Origin: Bacillaceae bacterium
Lineage (GTDB): Bacteria > Bacillota > Bacilli > JACDOE01
Direction of reading: 5' to 3'
Assembly: GCA_017656255.1 (NCBI GenBank)
Contig: JACDOE010000010.1
Location: 36,400 to 100,399 of the forward strand
DNA: 64,000 bases
The translations under genes were made by a program, and so were the position numbers. Below, in pieces: positions 1 to 9,034 of the stretch. Position 1 is the first letter of the stretch, and each line of letters starts with the position of its first letter. Under the pieces are notes generated by a model. It saw only the letters and a list, made by a program, of their open reading frames with translations. It did not search any database and had not been told where the DNA came from.

Positions 1-33
1 GCAGGCAGCACCCGCCCACTCCTAGGTGAGACT

Positions 34-441
34 ATGGATAATACGTATTTAAAACAGCAACTGACCCTGGAAGAACTGAGTATTCTGGAATCGGAAATGC
101 TCAAAAAACGGAAAGGGAAAGAAGCGGCATGGGGCCTGTGGGCCGGGTTATCTTTCTTTGGTGCTCATCGGTTTTACACCGAAGATTATAAATACGCATC
201 GGTGATGCTGACTACAACCATCATTCCGATAATCGGACTGATATTAATCTTAATATACGGTTCCGATACGGATTCCACGTGGTTTCTTGTTCGCCTTTTC
301 CTGATTTTCCTCGCCGGTTCAGTGGTCTGGAGCTGGATCGATGCTTTTTTTCTGAACCGGAGACTGGAAACATTAAATAACGAGATCGAGCAGAAGATCT
401 TACAGGATATTATGCAAAAAAGAGAAAGGCATGGAGCTTAA
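34..441 (+). CDS. TM2 domain-containing membrane protein
   Basis: 135-aa ORF with the TM2-type motif 'AAWGLWAGLSFFGAHRFY', followed by further hydrophobic helices. AGGTGAG lies just upstream of the ATG. Confidence 0.65.
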   Translation: MDNTYLKQQLTLEELSILESEMLKKRKGKEAAWGLWAGLSFFGAHRFYTEDYKYASVMLTTTIIPIIGLILILIYGSDTDSTWFLVRLFLIFLAGSVVWSWIDAFFLNRRLETLNNEIEQKILQDIMQKRERHGA

Positions 442-497
442 GTGCTTCCACGCCTTTCTTTTTATTATGGCTTTTTCCTGTCGTTCTACCTTCTGTC

Positions 498-533
498 CTG
501 TTACACCCATACCCGCGAGTATGTTTGTAACAG
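498..533. repeat. REP-like palindromic intergenic element, copy 1 (same family at 26865-26898 and, inverted, at 48385-48418)
   Basis: 'ctgttacacccatacccgcgagtatgtttgtaacag'. The arms gttacaCCcatac / gtatgTTtgtaac pair 11/13. It lies between convergent genes. Confidence 0.6.
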
Positions 534-551
534 AACCCTCCCTCTCTTCCT

Positions 552-1757
552 CTACGAAGCCGATATCGCCTTCGGTCGAAACACCTTTTCCCCGACGGCA
601 ACAATTACCTTTTCCGAGAGCGGGAAGGCAAATCCTGCCGGATCCTTCTGAACGGCCGGCACGGTCTTCTGAATGGTATCCTGAGGAACGCCGCGATCGG
701 AAAAATCAGCGGGGAGTCCCACCTCTTGCTGCAAATCCCTAATCCGGTCAATTACTTCGGCCAGGACGGTCTGCGGATGCTTGCCTTCCACTTTTAATCG
801 CAACGCTTCACCGAACTCATGGATTCTTGGCAGGTACAATTCGGGCAGTTCCTCCATCACCACCGGCAACAGAACCGCATTCGCCAGTCCGTGGGGGATC
901 CTGAACATGGCCCCGTAGGCATGGGCAAAATTATGAACCGGAATCGGCCCCAGCGCAAAACTGAATGCCGTAATCCCCATCAGGCTTGCCTGCAACATCT
1001 GCAGCCGGGCCTCAATATTCTCTCCGTTCTCCACGGCCTGAGGTAGATAATGCTCAATCAGTCGAATCGTCTGTAGGGCATACGCATCCGTCAACGCCGT
1101 CGCGCTGGGAGACATCAGCGCTTCCACCGCATGAGTGAGGGCATCAAACCCGGTAAAGGCAGTGATAAAAGGAGGCAGTCCCGCCGTCAATTCCGGATCC
1201 AGGACGGCCATGTCAGCACTGATAAACGGATGAATGATGTTGGTCTTCAGTTTCAACTCCTCATGATAGATCACCGCAATCGGGGATACTTCCGACCCGG
1301 TGCCGGCTGTAGTAGGTACGGCAATATGGGGGATCGGGATAAGATTGGCTTCCGGCCAGGTCAGATTGACCAGCCCACCCTGCAACCCGTCTTTGATATC
1401 GGTCAGCTCTTCATGCAAAGAAAATTTGACACCCTTCACCGTATCCATCACACTTCCGCCGCCGACTGCCAGGAGCCCGTCTCCTTCCACGTCGCGAAAA
1501 TAGTGGACGGCCTCATTAACACACCGACTGGCTGCATCCTGTTCAATATCCAGGAACACGCCTGCCAGTTCTACATCGGCATCCTTGAACTGTTCCACGA
1601 CCTTTTCTACGACGCCAGCCTTCTCCAGGCCCCGGTCACTGAACAAAACCACCCGGCGAGACTGCAATCCTTTAAACAGATCCGGGATCAGTTCCCGACT
1701 GCCGGCACCACTGTGCACCGCGGTCCGCATCATAAATTGGGCATGATTTGAAGTCAT
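552..1757 (-). CDS. iron-containing (group III) alcohol dehydrogenase
   Basis: 401-aa ORF. Contains 'LLAVGGGSVMDTVKG' (GGGS nucleotide loop) and His-rich metal motifs ('FDALTHAVEA', 'HNFAHAYGAMFRIPHG') typical of the Fe-ADH family. Confidence 0.85.
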   Translation of the reverse strand: MTSNHAQFMMRTAVHSGAGSRELIPDLFKGLQSRRVVLFSDRGLEKAGVVEKVVEQFKDADVELAGVFLDIEQDAASRCVNEAVHYFRDVEGDGLLAVGGGSVMDTVKGVKFSLHEELTDIKDGLQGGLVNLTWPEANLIPIPHIAVPTTAGTGSEVSPIAVIYHEELKLKTNIIHPFISADMAVLDPELTAGLPPFITAFTGFDALTHAVEALMSPSATALTDAYALQTIRLIEHYLPQAVENGENIEARLQMLQASLMGITAFSFALGPIPVHNFAHAYGAMFRIPHGLANAVLLPVVMEELPELYLPRIHEFGEALRLKVEGKHPQTVLAEVIDRIRDLQQEVGLPADFSDRGVPQDTIQKTVPAVQKDPAGFAFPLSEKVIVAVGEKVFRPKAISAS

Positions 1758-1778
1758 GTCGACACCTCCATCAGGATA

Positions 1779-2675
1779 TCAGGCTTGAACACCCAGTTCA
1801 CTTTCACTGGTTTTGTATATCTCAGCCAAACTTTTTCCCCTTGCTTTAGACAGCACTTCCATCCGTGCCTTGATCTGTTTTTGTGAGAATGCCATGGTAT
1901 CTTCCAGTGCCACCCCGAAGTTACTGACCTCTTTGCCACTCAGCCCTTCCTGATTCAGCCGGAAGGAGTATGGAGCGAGCTCTTCCATTTTTTGAACGAC
2001 ACGATCATAGATGTGGGGCTTTTCACTGATCAGGCGCTGTAACAGAAATGTCCCGTATGCGATATGCCGCGATTCATCCCGCTTCAGATACCCGATCCCC
2101 TTCATCAGCCCCGGCATGATACCGGCTTTGTCCAAAGACTCGTAGAATGAAAAATAACCCGTTTCCGCGAGCACCCCTTCGACGAACATGTTATAAACCG
2201 TTGACGCTTCAGCCAGGGCTTCCGGTGATTGATCCGTCACCAGCCGTTCCATCGCTTCCGGGAGAATCTCATAGAAAATCTCTTTGTAGGTATCCGAATG
2301 AAAATGGGACAAATCGTGGTTCGCCCCGAGGGCATTCAGGACCAACCGGAAAAACTCAGTGTGTTTCGCCTCTTCAAAGAGAAACGTGGTCAAAAACATC
2401 TCTTCCTCCAGGCGTCCTTCCTTCGCAATCACCATAATCAGTGGCAGCAAATCCAGGGTCACCGCTTCTTCCCCCGCCTGAAACTGGGAAATGAGCCGCA
2501 GAATATCATGCTGCTGCTCGGATGTGAGGGTCTGCCAGTCATCTACATCTTTTGAGAAATCAATGTCTTTCGGATCCCACACCCCGAATTTTTTGGCTTT
2601 TTGATACAGCCGGAAGGGGAGCGAGTCTTCGTTGATGCCCCGTTCACTGGTGGTGATAATGTGTGTCCTGCCCAT
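1779..2675 (-). CDS. R2-like ligand-binding oxidase (ferritin-like, ribonucleotide reductase small-subunit family)
   Basis: 298-aa ORF. Shows an RNR-R2-like four-helix signature ('FQAGEEAVTLDL', 'FLFEEAKHTEFF', 'MFVEGVLAETGYF', 'RDESRHIAYG'). AGGAGG RBS upstream. Confidence 0.75.
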   Translation of the reverse strand: MGRTHIITTSERGINEDSLPFRLYQKAKKFGVWDPKDIDFSKDVDDWQTLTSEQQHDILRLISQFQAGEEAVTLDLLPLIMVIAKEGRLEEEMFLTTFLFEEAKHTEFFRLVLNALGANHDLSHFHSDTYKEIFYEILPEAMERLVTDQSPEALAEASTVYNMFVEGVLAETGYFSFYESLDKAGIMPGLMKGIGYLKRDESRHIAYGTFLLQRLISEKPHIYDRVVQKMEELAPYSFRLNQEGLSGKEVSNFGVALEDTMAFSQKQIKARMEVLSKARGKSLAEIYKTSESELGVQA

Positions 2676-2826
2676 TACGCTTACCTCCTTTTACTAAATG
2701 GAATGTATGACGCATAAAATAAACATGTATGATATAGTTATAATATTCAGAATTTTATCCACCTTCATTGTATACCGGTTAGACTCAAGAAAACCATTCC
2801 CGAAAAAAGGGGGGTGAAATGTGTCG

Positions 2827-3498
2827 ATGAACACGGATAACATGAGGCCTTACGTTTCTGAAGAACCTCTGGAAAAATTGAAGGAGATGATGCGGACCAG
2901 CCTGGAGCTTTTTCCGTTTCAGAGAGCCTCACTTTTTACATATTCTCCACTGACACAGGAGGCTCAGGGACTATTGGCGGCAACGCCCTGCGGCATTTTC
3001 TCCATGGAACATATCAAAGAAGATGTCCGCTCCATTCCCCTGGTTGAAATGGCGATTAAACAAAAAAAGGCGCAATTCGCCGTTATTTCCAGGTCCACTT
3101 TTCTTTTTCCTGAGAAATATATAGAGGCTTTTTCTCTTTCTTCCCTGCTGGTGGTCCCCCTGTGTGATCAGCATGCCGTGACCGGCTGTGTGCTGGCCGA
3201 TCGTTTTAGTCGGGACCAGGCCATCGATGATGTCCTGATCGGGAAGGTTGAACGGTACTTTAATCATGAGGTAAAAAAGATGATCGGTCGGGAGGAACCG
3301 GTCTGCAAATTGAGCCGGCGGGAGAGGGAAATCCTGTACTGGTTCTCCCGGGGACTGGGGACGAAGGAAGTGGCGGACCGCATCCGGATCAGTGAATATA
3401 CGGTGCGGGATTATACGAAGTCCTGTATGCGAAAACTGGGGGCGAAAAACCGGACGGAAGCGGTGGCGATTGCGCTACGGGAGAGGATGATTGATTAA
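2827..3498 (+). CDS. LuxR/GerE-family HTH transcriptional regulator with N-terminal sensory (GAF-like) domain
   Basis: C-terminal 'LSRREREILYWFSRGLGTKEVADRIRISEYTVRDYTKSCMRKLGAKNRTEAVAIA' is a LuxR-type HTH. I chose the ATG at 2827 over the GTG at 2821 because it sits 9 nt after GGGGGTGA. Confidence 0.8.
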   Translation: MNTDNMRPYVSEEPLEKLKEMMRTSLELFPFQRASLFTYSPLTQEAQGLLAATPCGIFSMEHIKEDVRSIPLVEMAIKQKKAQFAVISRSTFLFPEKYIEAFSLSSLLVVPLCDQHAVTGCVLADRFSRDQAIDDVLIGKVERYFNHEVKKMIGREEPVCKLSRREREILYWFSRGLGTKEVADRIRISEYTVRDYTKSCMRKLGAKNRTEAVAIALRERMID

Positions 3499-3503
3499 AT
3501 GAA

Positions 3504-3533
3504 AAAGAGGACGTATGTCGTCCCCTTCTTTGA
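3504..3533. terminator. bidirectional rho-independent terminator between the LuxR-family gene and the sigK 3' fragment
   Basis: 'aagaGGACGtatgtCGTCCccttcttt'. On the minus strand the stem is followed by a 'ctcttttt' run, 15-40 nt after the sigK-fragment stop codon. Confidence 0.6.
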
Positions 3534-3544
3534 TGTTTACTCTG

Positions 3545-3920
3545 TTATTTTCGTTCCGGATGTTTGCGGTAAAATTCATGCAGCAGCTTCATCAAGGCCC
3601 TTTTTTCAATCCGGGAGACATAGGAACGTGAAATCCCCAGCTCTCTGGCAATTTCCCGCTGCGTCTTTTCTTCTCCCGATTCAAGCCCGAACCGGCCGAT
3701 GATCACCTCCTTTTCTCTTTTATCCAGCACGTGAATGTTTTTGTAGATCTTGCTTCGTTCGATTTTGAATTCCACTTTGTCGATGACTTCGTTGGCGTCT
3801 GTTCCGAGGATATCCATCAGGCTGATTTCGTTACCTTCTTTGTCGGTGCCGATTGGATCGTGGAGGGAAACGTCTTTGCGGGTTTTTTTGAGGGAGCGCA
3901 GGTGCATGAGGATTTCATTT
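3545..3920 (-). pseudogene. sigK: sigK 3' fragment (codons 122-245 plus stop); direct repeat of 8150-8525
   Basis: 376 bp that match the 3' part of the intact sigK except for one base (3551 t versus 8156 g, a synonymous Arg codon). Homology stops abruptly at 3920|3921. There is no upstream sigK sequence. Confidence 0.9.
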
Positions 3921-3941
3921 CTAAAGTCAATATTTGAGCTA

Positions 3942-3965
3942 TAAATTTGTTATATGAATGTTTAT
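3942..3965. repeat. direct repeat flanking the methyltransferase gene (partner at 4841-4861)
   Basis: 'taaatttgttatatgaatgtttat' versus 'taaatttatatgaatgtttat'. A 15-nt exact core 'tatatgaatgtttat' lies at 3951-3965 and 4847-4861. Confidence 0.6.
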
Positions 3966-4024
3966 TCTCTTTCTTTAAAAAAATCTATAATAAAAACTAT
4001 TATAAGTTTCATATACTCACTAAC

Positions 4025-4801
4025 TTATTTCACTGCCTTCCATATTGTCCATCTATCTTTTTCGACTATATTTTTTTCTATATTAATTGACTTATCTATA
4101 TATTTTATTAGTTTATCCAATTCTTTATCATCTATTTCATATAAAATGCTTCTTCCTGTTCTATTCCTTAAATCTTTAAATAATTCCTCTTTCGTTTCAT
4201 GTACCTTTCTTATTTCCCATAACTTAACTTCTATAACATCTCTGAATCCAACATATTTAAGGGATTCAATAACAGTTTGTCCATTATGACGTCGATCAAT
4301 TTCTTTTTCAATTAGTCTGGGGAAAAGTTTAAAAAAATATCCTCTAATATGAGTTTCGTCCCCTTCTAATAAGCAATCTTCAGGGGTACGGTCTTGAACA
4401 ATATAATATCCATCTTTCTTTAATAATCTATATGCTTCTTTGAAACAAGCATATAAGTCATTAATATGATGTATTAATGCTCTTTCAAGTAATAAATCAA
4501 AACAGTCGCTTTCTAAATCAGTATCAAAAGCATTTCCATACTTAAAAGATATGTTTTTATATTCCTTACAGTTTTCTTCAGCTTCTTTAAGTATAGCTTT
4601 TGAAAAATCAACACCAGTAACGGAAGGTACACCCATATCCGAAAGTGCTTTACAATATATTCCACCACCACAACCGACATCTAAAGCTTTAGAAACATTT
4701 TCGATTGGTACAAGTTTTTTAATTGCTTCTATCCATGATTTGTCTGCCTTTCGTGTTGAATAAGTCTTGCTGTTTTTCTTATTATGAAAATCTATACCCA
4801 T
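4025..4801 (-). CDS. class I SAM-dependent methyltransferase
   Basis: Motif I is 'ALDVGCGGGIYCKAL'. I chose the ATG at 4801 (MGIDFHNKK...) because it sits 7 nt after GAGGAG; the longer ORF reaches 4816. Confidence 0.8.
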   Translation of the reverse strand: MGIDFHNKKNSKTYSTRKADKSWIEAIKKLVPIENVSKALDVGCGGGIYCKALSDMGVPSVTGVDFSKAILKEAEENCKEYKNISFKYGNAFDTDLESDCFDLLLERALIHHINDLYACFKEAYRLLKKDGYYIVQDRTPEDCLLEGDETHIRGYFFKLFPRLIEKEIDRRHNGQTVIESLKYVGFRDVIEVKLWEIRKVHETKEELFKDLRNRTGRSILYEIDDKELDKLIKYIDKSINIEKNIVEKDRWTIWKAVK

Positions 4802-4840
4802 GGTAAATCTCCTCATTCTATTGATTAAACTTTTATAGGG

Positions 4841-4861
4841 TAAATTTATATGAATGTTTAT
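4841..4861. repeat. direct repeat flanking the methyltransferase gene (partner at 3942-3965)
   Basis: See the feature at 3942-3965. Confidence 0.6.
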
Positions 4862-4926
4862 AATTTACCTCTTTAATTTTAAAACATACCACTAATGTTG
4901 CATAAATAGTTACAGAAAATCCAGAT

Positions 4927-5690
4927 TTATATGTTTGCGTGGAAATGGGCTAAAAAGCCAAATGCTAAAGTAAAATGTCCATTTAGAGTTGCAACGATAT
5001 AGATTTTCTTATGGACTACCTCGGATTTCCCATTGAATTTGGCGAACCATTTTTGAAAGGGATTTAATGTTTGTAACCAACGTTTGAAGAAGGGATTGCT
5101 TTGTTCTGTTTCCACGAGTAAACAATTTGTGATTAGGGCGGATTAAAGTCGGTTTTGAACCACCGTTTCCCATTTATACCATAAAAACCCTTTATTCAAA
5201 CATGTTGCTTAAACTATTTGAATAACTTAATTCCCCAACGAAACCAGTAGGTGTTACTAATCTGTTTAGCACTAATATCAAAGCGACTAGTAACGAATAT
5301 CTTTGCCTTGTGAGTCTACCGTTTCCACTAATTGAAATTCATTTTCGGTTCGCTTTACGTAGTTCCGATGACAAAGAGTCTAAGGAAATCGTTTTTATTT
5401 CAGATATAGCAAAGTGCTTGATTGTACAGTTCAACAACGGAATTTTTCTTGAGTCGTGAAGCAAAAGAAAATCCTTTAATAAGAAAAGCGATCAAAAAAC
5501 GTACATAGATTCTTTTTAGTCAATCAAAATCTCATGTTGCTAAAATTTGTTCACACGTTAAGAGTGATGATGACTTTCTCCGTAGATGGTACCGAAATCG
5601 ATAAATGCCAAACTTAAGTATAGTTTTACCCCTGCTTTTGTTTTTTGCGAAAGGATTCTCACTGGTAGTTTGTTAAATACATGTAGAATA
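4927..5690 (-). pseudogene. degenerate IS4-like DDE transposase remnant(s)
   Basis: Minus-strand frames are broken by many stops. They read '...ISNTYWFRWGIKLFK*FKQHV*IKGFYG...' (about 5165-5250) and 'NPFFKRWLQTLNPFQKWFAKFNGKS' (4990-5100). Both resemble the C-terminal Y-2-R-3-E-6-K / 'RWxIExxFKxLKQ' region of IS4-type transposases. Confidence 0.35.
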
Positions 5691-5932
5691 ATACTTGAAT
5701 TAATGATTTATAGATCAACTCATTTACCAAATAACTTGTCACATAGCGTTTTCCTTTCCTTTACTTTAGATTTGGATAGGGATCACCTATACTCTCCATT
5801 GTAAAGGATTTATAACACTTGCAGATCGAACATTCATTGTATTTTTAATACTCTGATTTAATTATTACAATACTAATACATAACAATCTGAATTATAAAT
5901 ATTATTCAAAGATTAACTTTGAAAGGTGCGTT

Positions 5933-7144
5933 TTATTTCATATCCAACTTACTGTTATACTTAATCGAGTCGGGAAGTGGAATATGCTCTACCTTAGGAA
6001 GAGATAAAAGACTTAGTAAACATAAACCCATAAATCCCAAGAATACATAGTGCGTATTCATAATCCCAGCCAAATACCCAGAAAGCAAGGCTGAAGAAAT
6101 CTTAGCAAATGATACCACAATTGACCGGAAACTAATCACGCGGCCCATTAACTCTTTAGGAGTGTTAATCTGAACCAGTGTCTGCATAGAAATCACATGA
6201 AATAGAATGAAGAATCCGAACCCGAACAAAGCAAAAACTGTAAACCAAACGTACCCATCAATTCCCATAAATAAGGAAAATACTACTAAACCAACTAAAG
6301 TTACCACACTAACTTTCTCTTTATATTTATATAATGCTTTTTCCACAACAAATCCACCCAATGATCCACCTAGTGTGAATGAAATGGTTATTATAGAAAA
6401 TAAAACGCTGGAACCTTTCATATCTCGTGCAACCATTGGAGCGAGTAGAGTATTTGTCATTTGATACCCTGCACTACTAATAGTAGCGAGGAAAAACAAG
6501 TATAACATTCCTCTTTTTTCATTTACAAACTTCCAACCAACTTTAATACCTTCAATAACGTCCATACTTTTACTTTGAATATTACGTCTATCTATTCGAC
6601 GAAGCAGTATAAAGAAAATTGATGATACCATAAAGGTTAATGCATTGATTGCAAAACAAATTTCTACTGATAAAATAGACATTACGATTCCTGCTATACC
6701 AGTACCAATCAATGCCATGACAAAATTAATTGAAGATGACTTAGAGATAACATAAACCATTTCTTCATCGCTGAATGATTCTCTAATTAACGTTTGAGAA
6801 GATGGCTTAAATACCAGATGACAAACTGCTAAAACAACTTGAAGAAGATAAAACATAACAATTGATATAGTATCTATAAAAATTAACAGAACAACAATAG
6901 ATACAGCTAACCCACGAATTAACTGAACAGCAACTGTTAACACTTTGGAGTCCTGATGGTCTGTAATTATTCCTACCCATGGTGCGAAAAATAAGGGAGG
7001 TAGGTAATTAATGGCGATTAATATTCCAAGGGACAGGGGACTTCCTGTAAGTTTTAAAACCAACCACATCAACGCTACCGATTGGAAACCATCTCCTAAA
7101 TTATTAATTGCTGAACCTAACAAATAAAAGAACTTATTTCGCAT
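5933..7144 (-). CDS. MFS transporter
   Basis: 403-aa ORF with about 12 hydrophobic helices and an MFS-like N-terminus ('LGDGFQSVALMWLVLKLTGSPLSLG'). GGAAGGG RBS upstream. Confidence 0.8.
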   Translation of the reverse strand: MRNKFFYLLGSAINNLGDGFQSVALMWLVLKLTGSPLSLGILIAINYLPPLFFAPWVGIITDHQDSKVLTVAVQLIRGLAVSIVVLLIFIDTISIVMFYLLQVVLAVCHLVFKPSSQTLIRESFSDEEMVYVISKSSSINFVMALIGTGIAGIVMSILSVEICFAINALTFMVSSIFFILLRRIDRRNIQSKSMDVIEGIKVGWKFVNEKRGMLYLFFLATISSAGYQMTNTLLAPMVARDMKGSSVLFSIITISFTLGGSLGGFVVEKALYKYKEKVSVVTLVGLVVFSLFMGIDGYVWFTVFALFGFGFFILFHVISMQTLVQINTPKELMGRVISFRSIVVSFAKISSALLSGYLAGIMNTHYVFLGFMGLCLLSLLSLPKVEHIPLPDSIKYNSKLDMK

Positions 7145-7308
7145 AGTTGTGCCCTTCCATTTTTTATTTTAACTGGAAAATCATTTTATTTAGAAACATT
7201 AAATCGAGGAGGAATCGAAAAATAACATTCAAAAACACACTCTCTAAAATATATCCTTAAACTGTTGCTATTCGAATTCCTCCTCTGACATTCATGAAGT
7301 GAAGTGTT

Positions 7309-8083
7309 TTATTGTCTTCGTAATGAAAGGTTAGATAACTTAACGAAGCGTTTATATTTAAGAATAGTATCTAATACATCGCAAAGAATTAACATATTAG
7401 ACTCTTCCCCTGGAAAGTCACCCCAACTATCGTCATCGTTGCGAATGCTCATTAACCATTTGAAACCTTTTTCAATAGTGTTATGCCAAGAATAATCATC
7501 AAGGAGTTCACTCGCTAATATTAATGCTCGAATACTGTCACAAGTGTGGTCAACATTCATGTTATCGTAATGTCCTTCAGGATGTTGAGTCTTAACCAAG
7601 TATTGAACTGCTTTCTTAGAAGCTTTAACACCTTTCTTATCATATCCAAGAGTCTTTTGTAATAAGTGTGCTGTAACACAAACTGGTGTTTCATACTTTT
7701 CTTTATATTCCCATTCACCATCCTTACCCTGTCTTTCTATAATAAACTCCATAGCTTTGTTGTAAGGTTCTTCTACCATGTTTCTAATACGTTGTGGTAT
7801 ATCTGGAAGCATTCTAGCGAACATCAATGTACCGGCGCTTACACTAACAGCATCATAGAGTCCCCACTTATCATCCCACAAAGTCCCATCCTCTTTTTGT
7901 TGAGTGATTAACCAGGATAACCCATTATAAATTGCATTATCAAATCGCTCATTCCTCTGAGACAATGCATTATTAGCACGTAGAAGCATTTGTGTAGAAA
8001 ACGCAGTTTTTCTTACATGGCTTTTAATTTCCTTAGTGGTATTTCCCCAGCCACCATCCTCATGTGGGATAGAGCCCCATCTG
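7309..8083 (-). pseudogene. 5'-truncated prenyltransferase / squalene-hopene-cyclase-repeat (alpha-alpha toroid) protein
   Basis: Repeated 'DG.W' motifs are present ('HEDGGWGN', 'QKEDGTLWDDKWG', 'RQGKDGEWEY', 'TQHPEGHYDN', 'RNDDDSWGDF'). The frame stays open up to 8083 with no start codon until 7989, so the N-terminus appears to be missing at the segment boundary. Confidence 0.55.
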
Positions 8084-8149
8084 AATTAACAGGGTCTGGG
8101 GTTTACACAGAAAAATTGACAGACCCTCCCCTTATTTTGACGTGTGCTT

Positions 8150-8525
8150 TTATTTGCGTTCCGGATGTTTGCGGTAAAATTCATGCAGCAGCTTCATCAA
8201 GGCCCTTTTTTCAATCCGGGAGACATAGGAACGTGAAATCCCCAGCTCTCTGGCAATTTCCCGCTGCGTCTTTTCTTCTCCCGATTCAAGCCCGAACCGG
8301 CCGATGATCACCTCCTTTTCTCTTTTATCCAGCACGTGAATGTTTTTGTAGATCTTGCTTCGTTCGATTTTGAATTCCACTTTGTCGATGACTTCGTTGG
8401 CGTCTGTTCCGAGGATATCCATCAGGCTGATTTCGTTACCTTCTTTGTCGGTGCCGATTGGATCGTGGAGGGAAACGTCTTTGCGGGTTTTTTTGAGGGA
8501 GCGCAGGTGCATGAGGATTTCATTT
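8150..8525. repeat. 376-bp direct repeat (partner at 3545-3920)
   Basis: Offset is exactly 4605 bp. I found one mismatch. Confidence 0.9.
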
Positions 8526-8887
8526 TCAATACATCTTGCTGCGTATGTGGCCAATTTGGTCCCTTTGTTTACCTTGTAACTTTCGATGGCCTTGATCAGC
8601 CCGATGGTGCCGATGGAGATCAAGTCTTCGCTGTCTTCGCCGGTGTTTTCAAATTTCTTGACGATATGCGCCACCAGGCGAAGGTTATGCTCGATCAGCA
8701 TATTCCGTGCCTCAACATCTCCCTGTTCCATCAAGCGTAAGTATTTCTCCTCGTCTTCTTCCGACAGTGGCTGGGGAAAGGCATTGTTCTTGACGTAGGA
8801 GACGAACAGAATCAGTTCTTTGTACAGAAGCGCCAGTAACCCGAGCAGTCCAGACACCCGATCCCACCTCCAGGAATAGTGCTTCAT
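8150..8887 (-). CDS. sigK: RNA polymerase sporulation sigma factor SigK (pro-sigma-K), intact copy
   Basis: 245 aa with a pro-sequence plus '[20 protein letters not shown]', '[37 protein letters not shown]' and '[24 protein letters not shown]'. Co-linear with B. subtilis SigK over its whole length. Confidence 0.93.
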   Translation of the reverse strand: MKHYSWRWDRVSGLLGLLALLYKELILFVSYVKNNAFPQPLSEEDEEKYLRLMEQGDVEARNMLIEHNLRLVAHIVKKFENTGEDSEDLISIGTIGLIKAIESYKVNKGTKLATYAARCIENEILMHLRSLKKTRKDVSLHDPIGTDKEGNEISLMDILGTDANEVIDKVEFKIERSKIYKNIHVLDKREKEVIIGRFGLESGEEKTQREIARELGISRSYVSRIEKRALMKLLHEFYRKHPERK

Positions 8888-8925
8888 TTATGCCTATTCC
8901 CTTCTGGGCTTGTTTGTGTCTGTAC
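8656..8925. repeat. 270-bp direct repeat (partner at 15292-15561)
   Basis: Offset is exactly 6636 bp. I found four mismatches: three are synonymous codon changes and one lies in the 5' UTR. The repeat covers codons 1-77 plus 38 bp upstream of the ATG. Confidence 0.9.
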
Positions 8926-9010
8926 TAAAAAAACTGTAATCAGTTTTATTTGCTTTTTTAAATTCTTTAAGTAAGTATCATATAACACCATAACAGACAG
9001 TAAAAGACAA

Positions 9011-9034
9011 GATCCCGGTTTGAATACCGAGATC
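9011..9034 (-). terminator. terminator after the last gene of the segment-B operon
   Basis: The minus strand reads 'GATCTCGGTattcaaACCGGGATCttgtctttt', starting 28 nt downstream of the stop at 9062. Confidence 0.55.

Larger units (their letters stand above)
3921..8149. mobile_element. AT-rich cargo segment A, bracketed by the 376-bp sigK 3' direct repeats; decayed, no recombinase
   Basis: Sharp drop in GC at both junctions. All genes are co-oriented with sigK. It contains IS debris and a 5'-truncated gene. Confidence 0.55.

Noticed and set aside
3499-3702. 67-aa plus-strand ORF, and its twin inside 7990-8307, that look like a conserved duplicated gene
   Set aside because: They are identical only because they lie on the antisense strand of the duplicated sigK 3' repeat. 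They are not independent genes.
4927-5115. 62-aa ORF as a real small gene
   Set aside because: It has no RBS. It sits within a stretch whose other frames contain transposase-like peptide strings interrupted by stops, and it is better explained as part of IS debris.
3921-8930. Both left-hand junctions start with the same pentamer: sigK homology is followed by 'ctaaa' at 3921 and at 8926
   Set aside because: Five bases in AT-rich DNA are too few to claim a shared att core. I note it only as something to test if more junctions become available.
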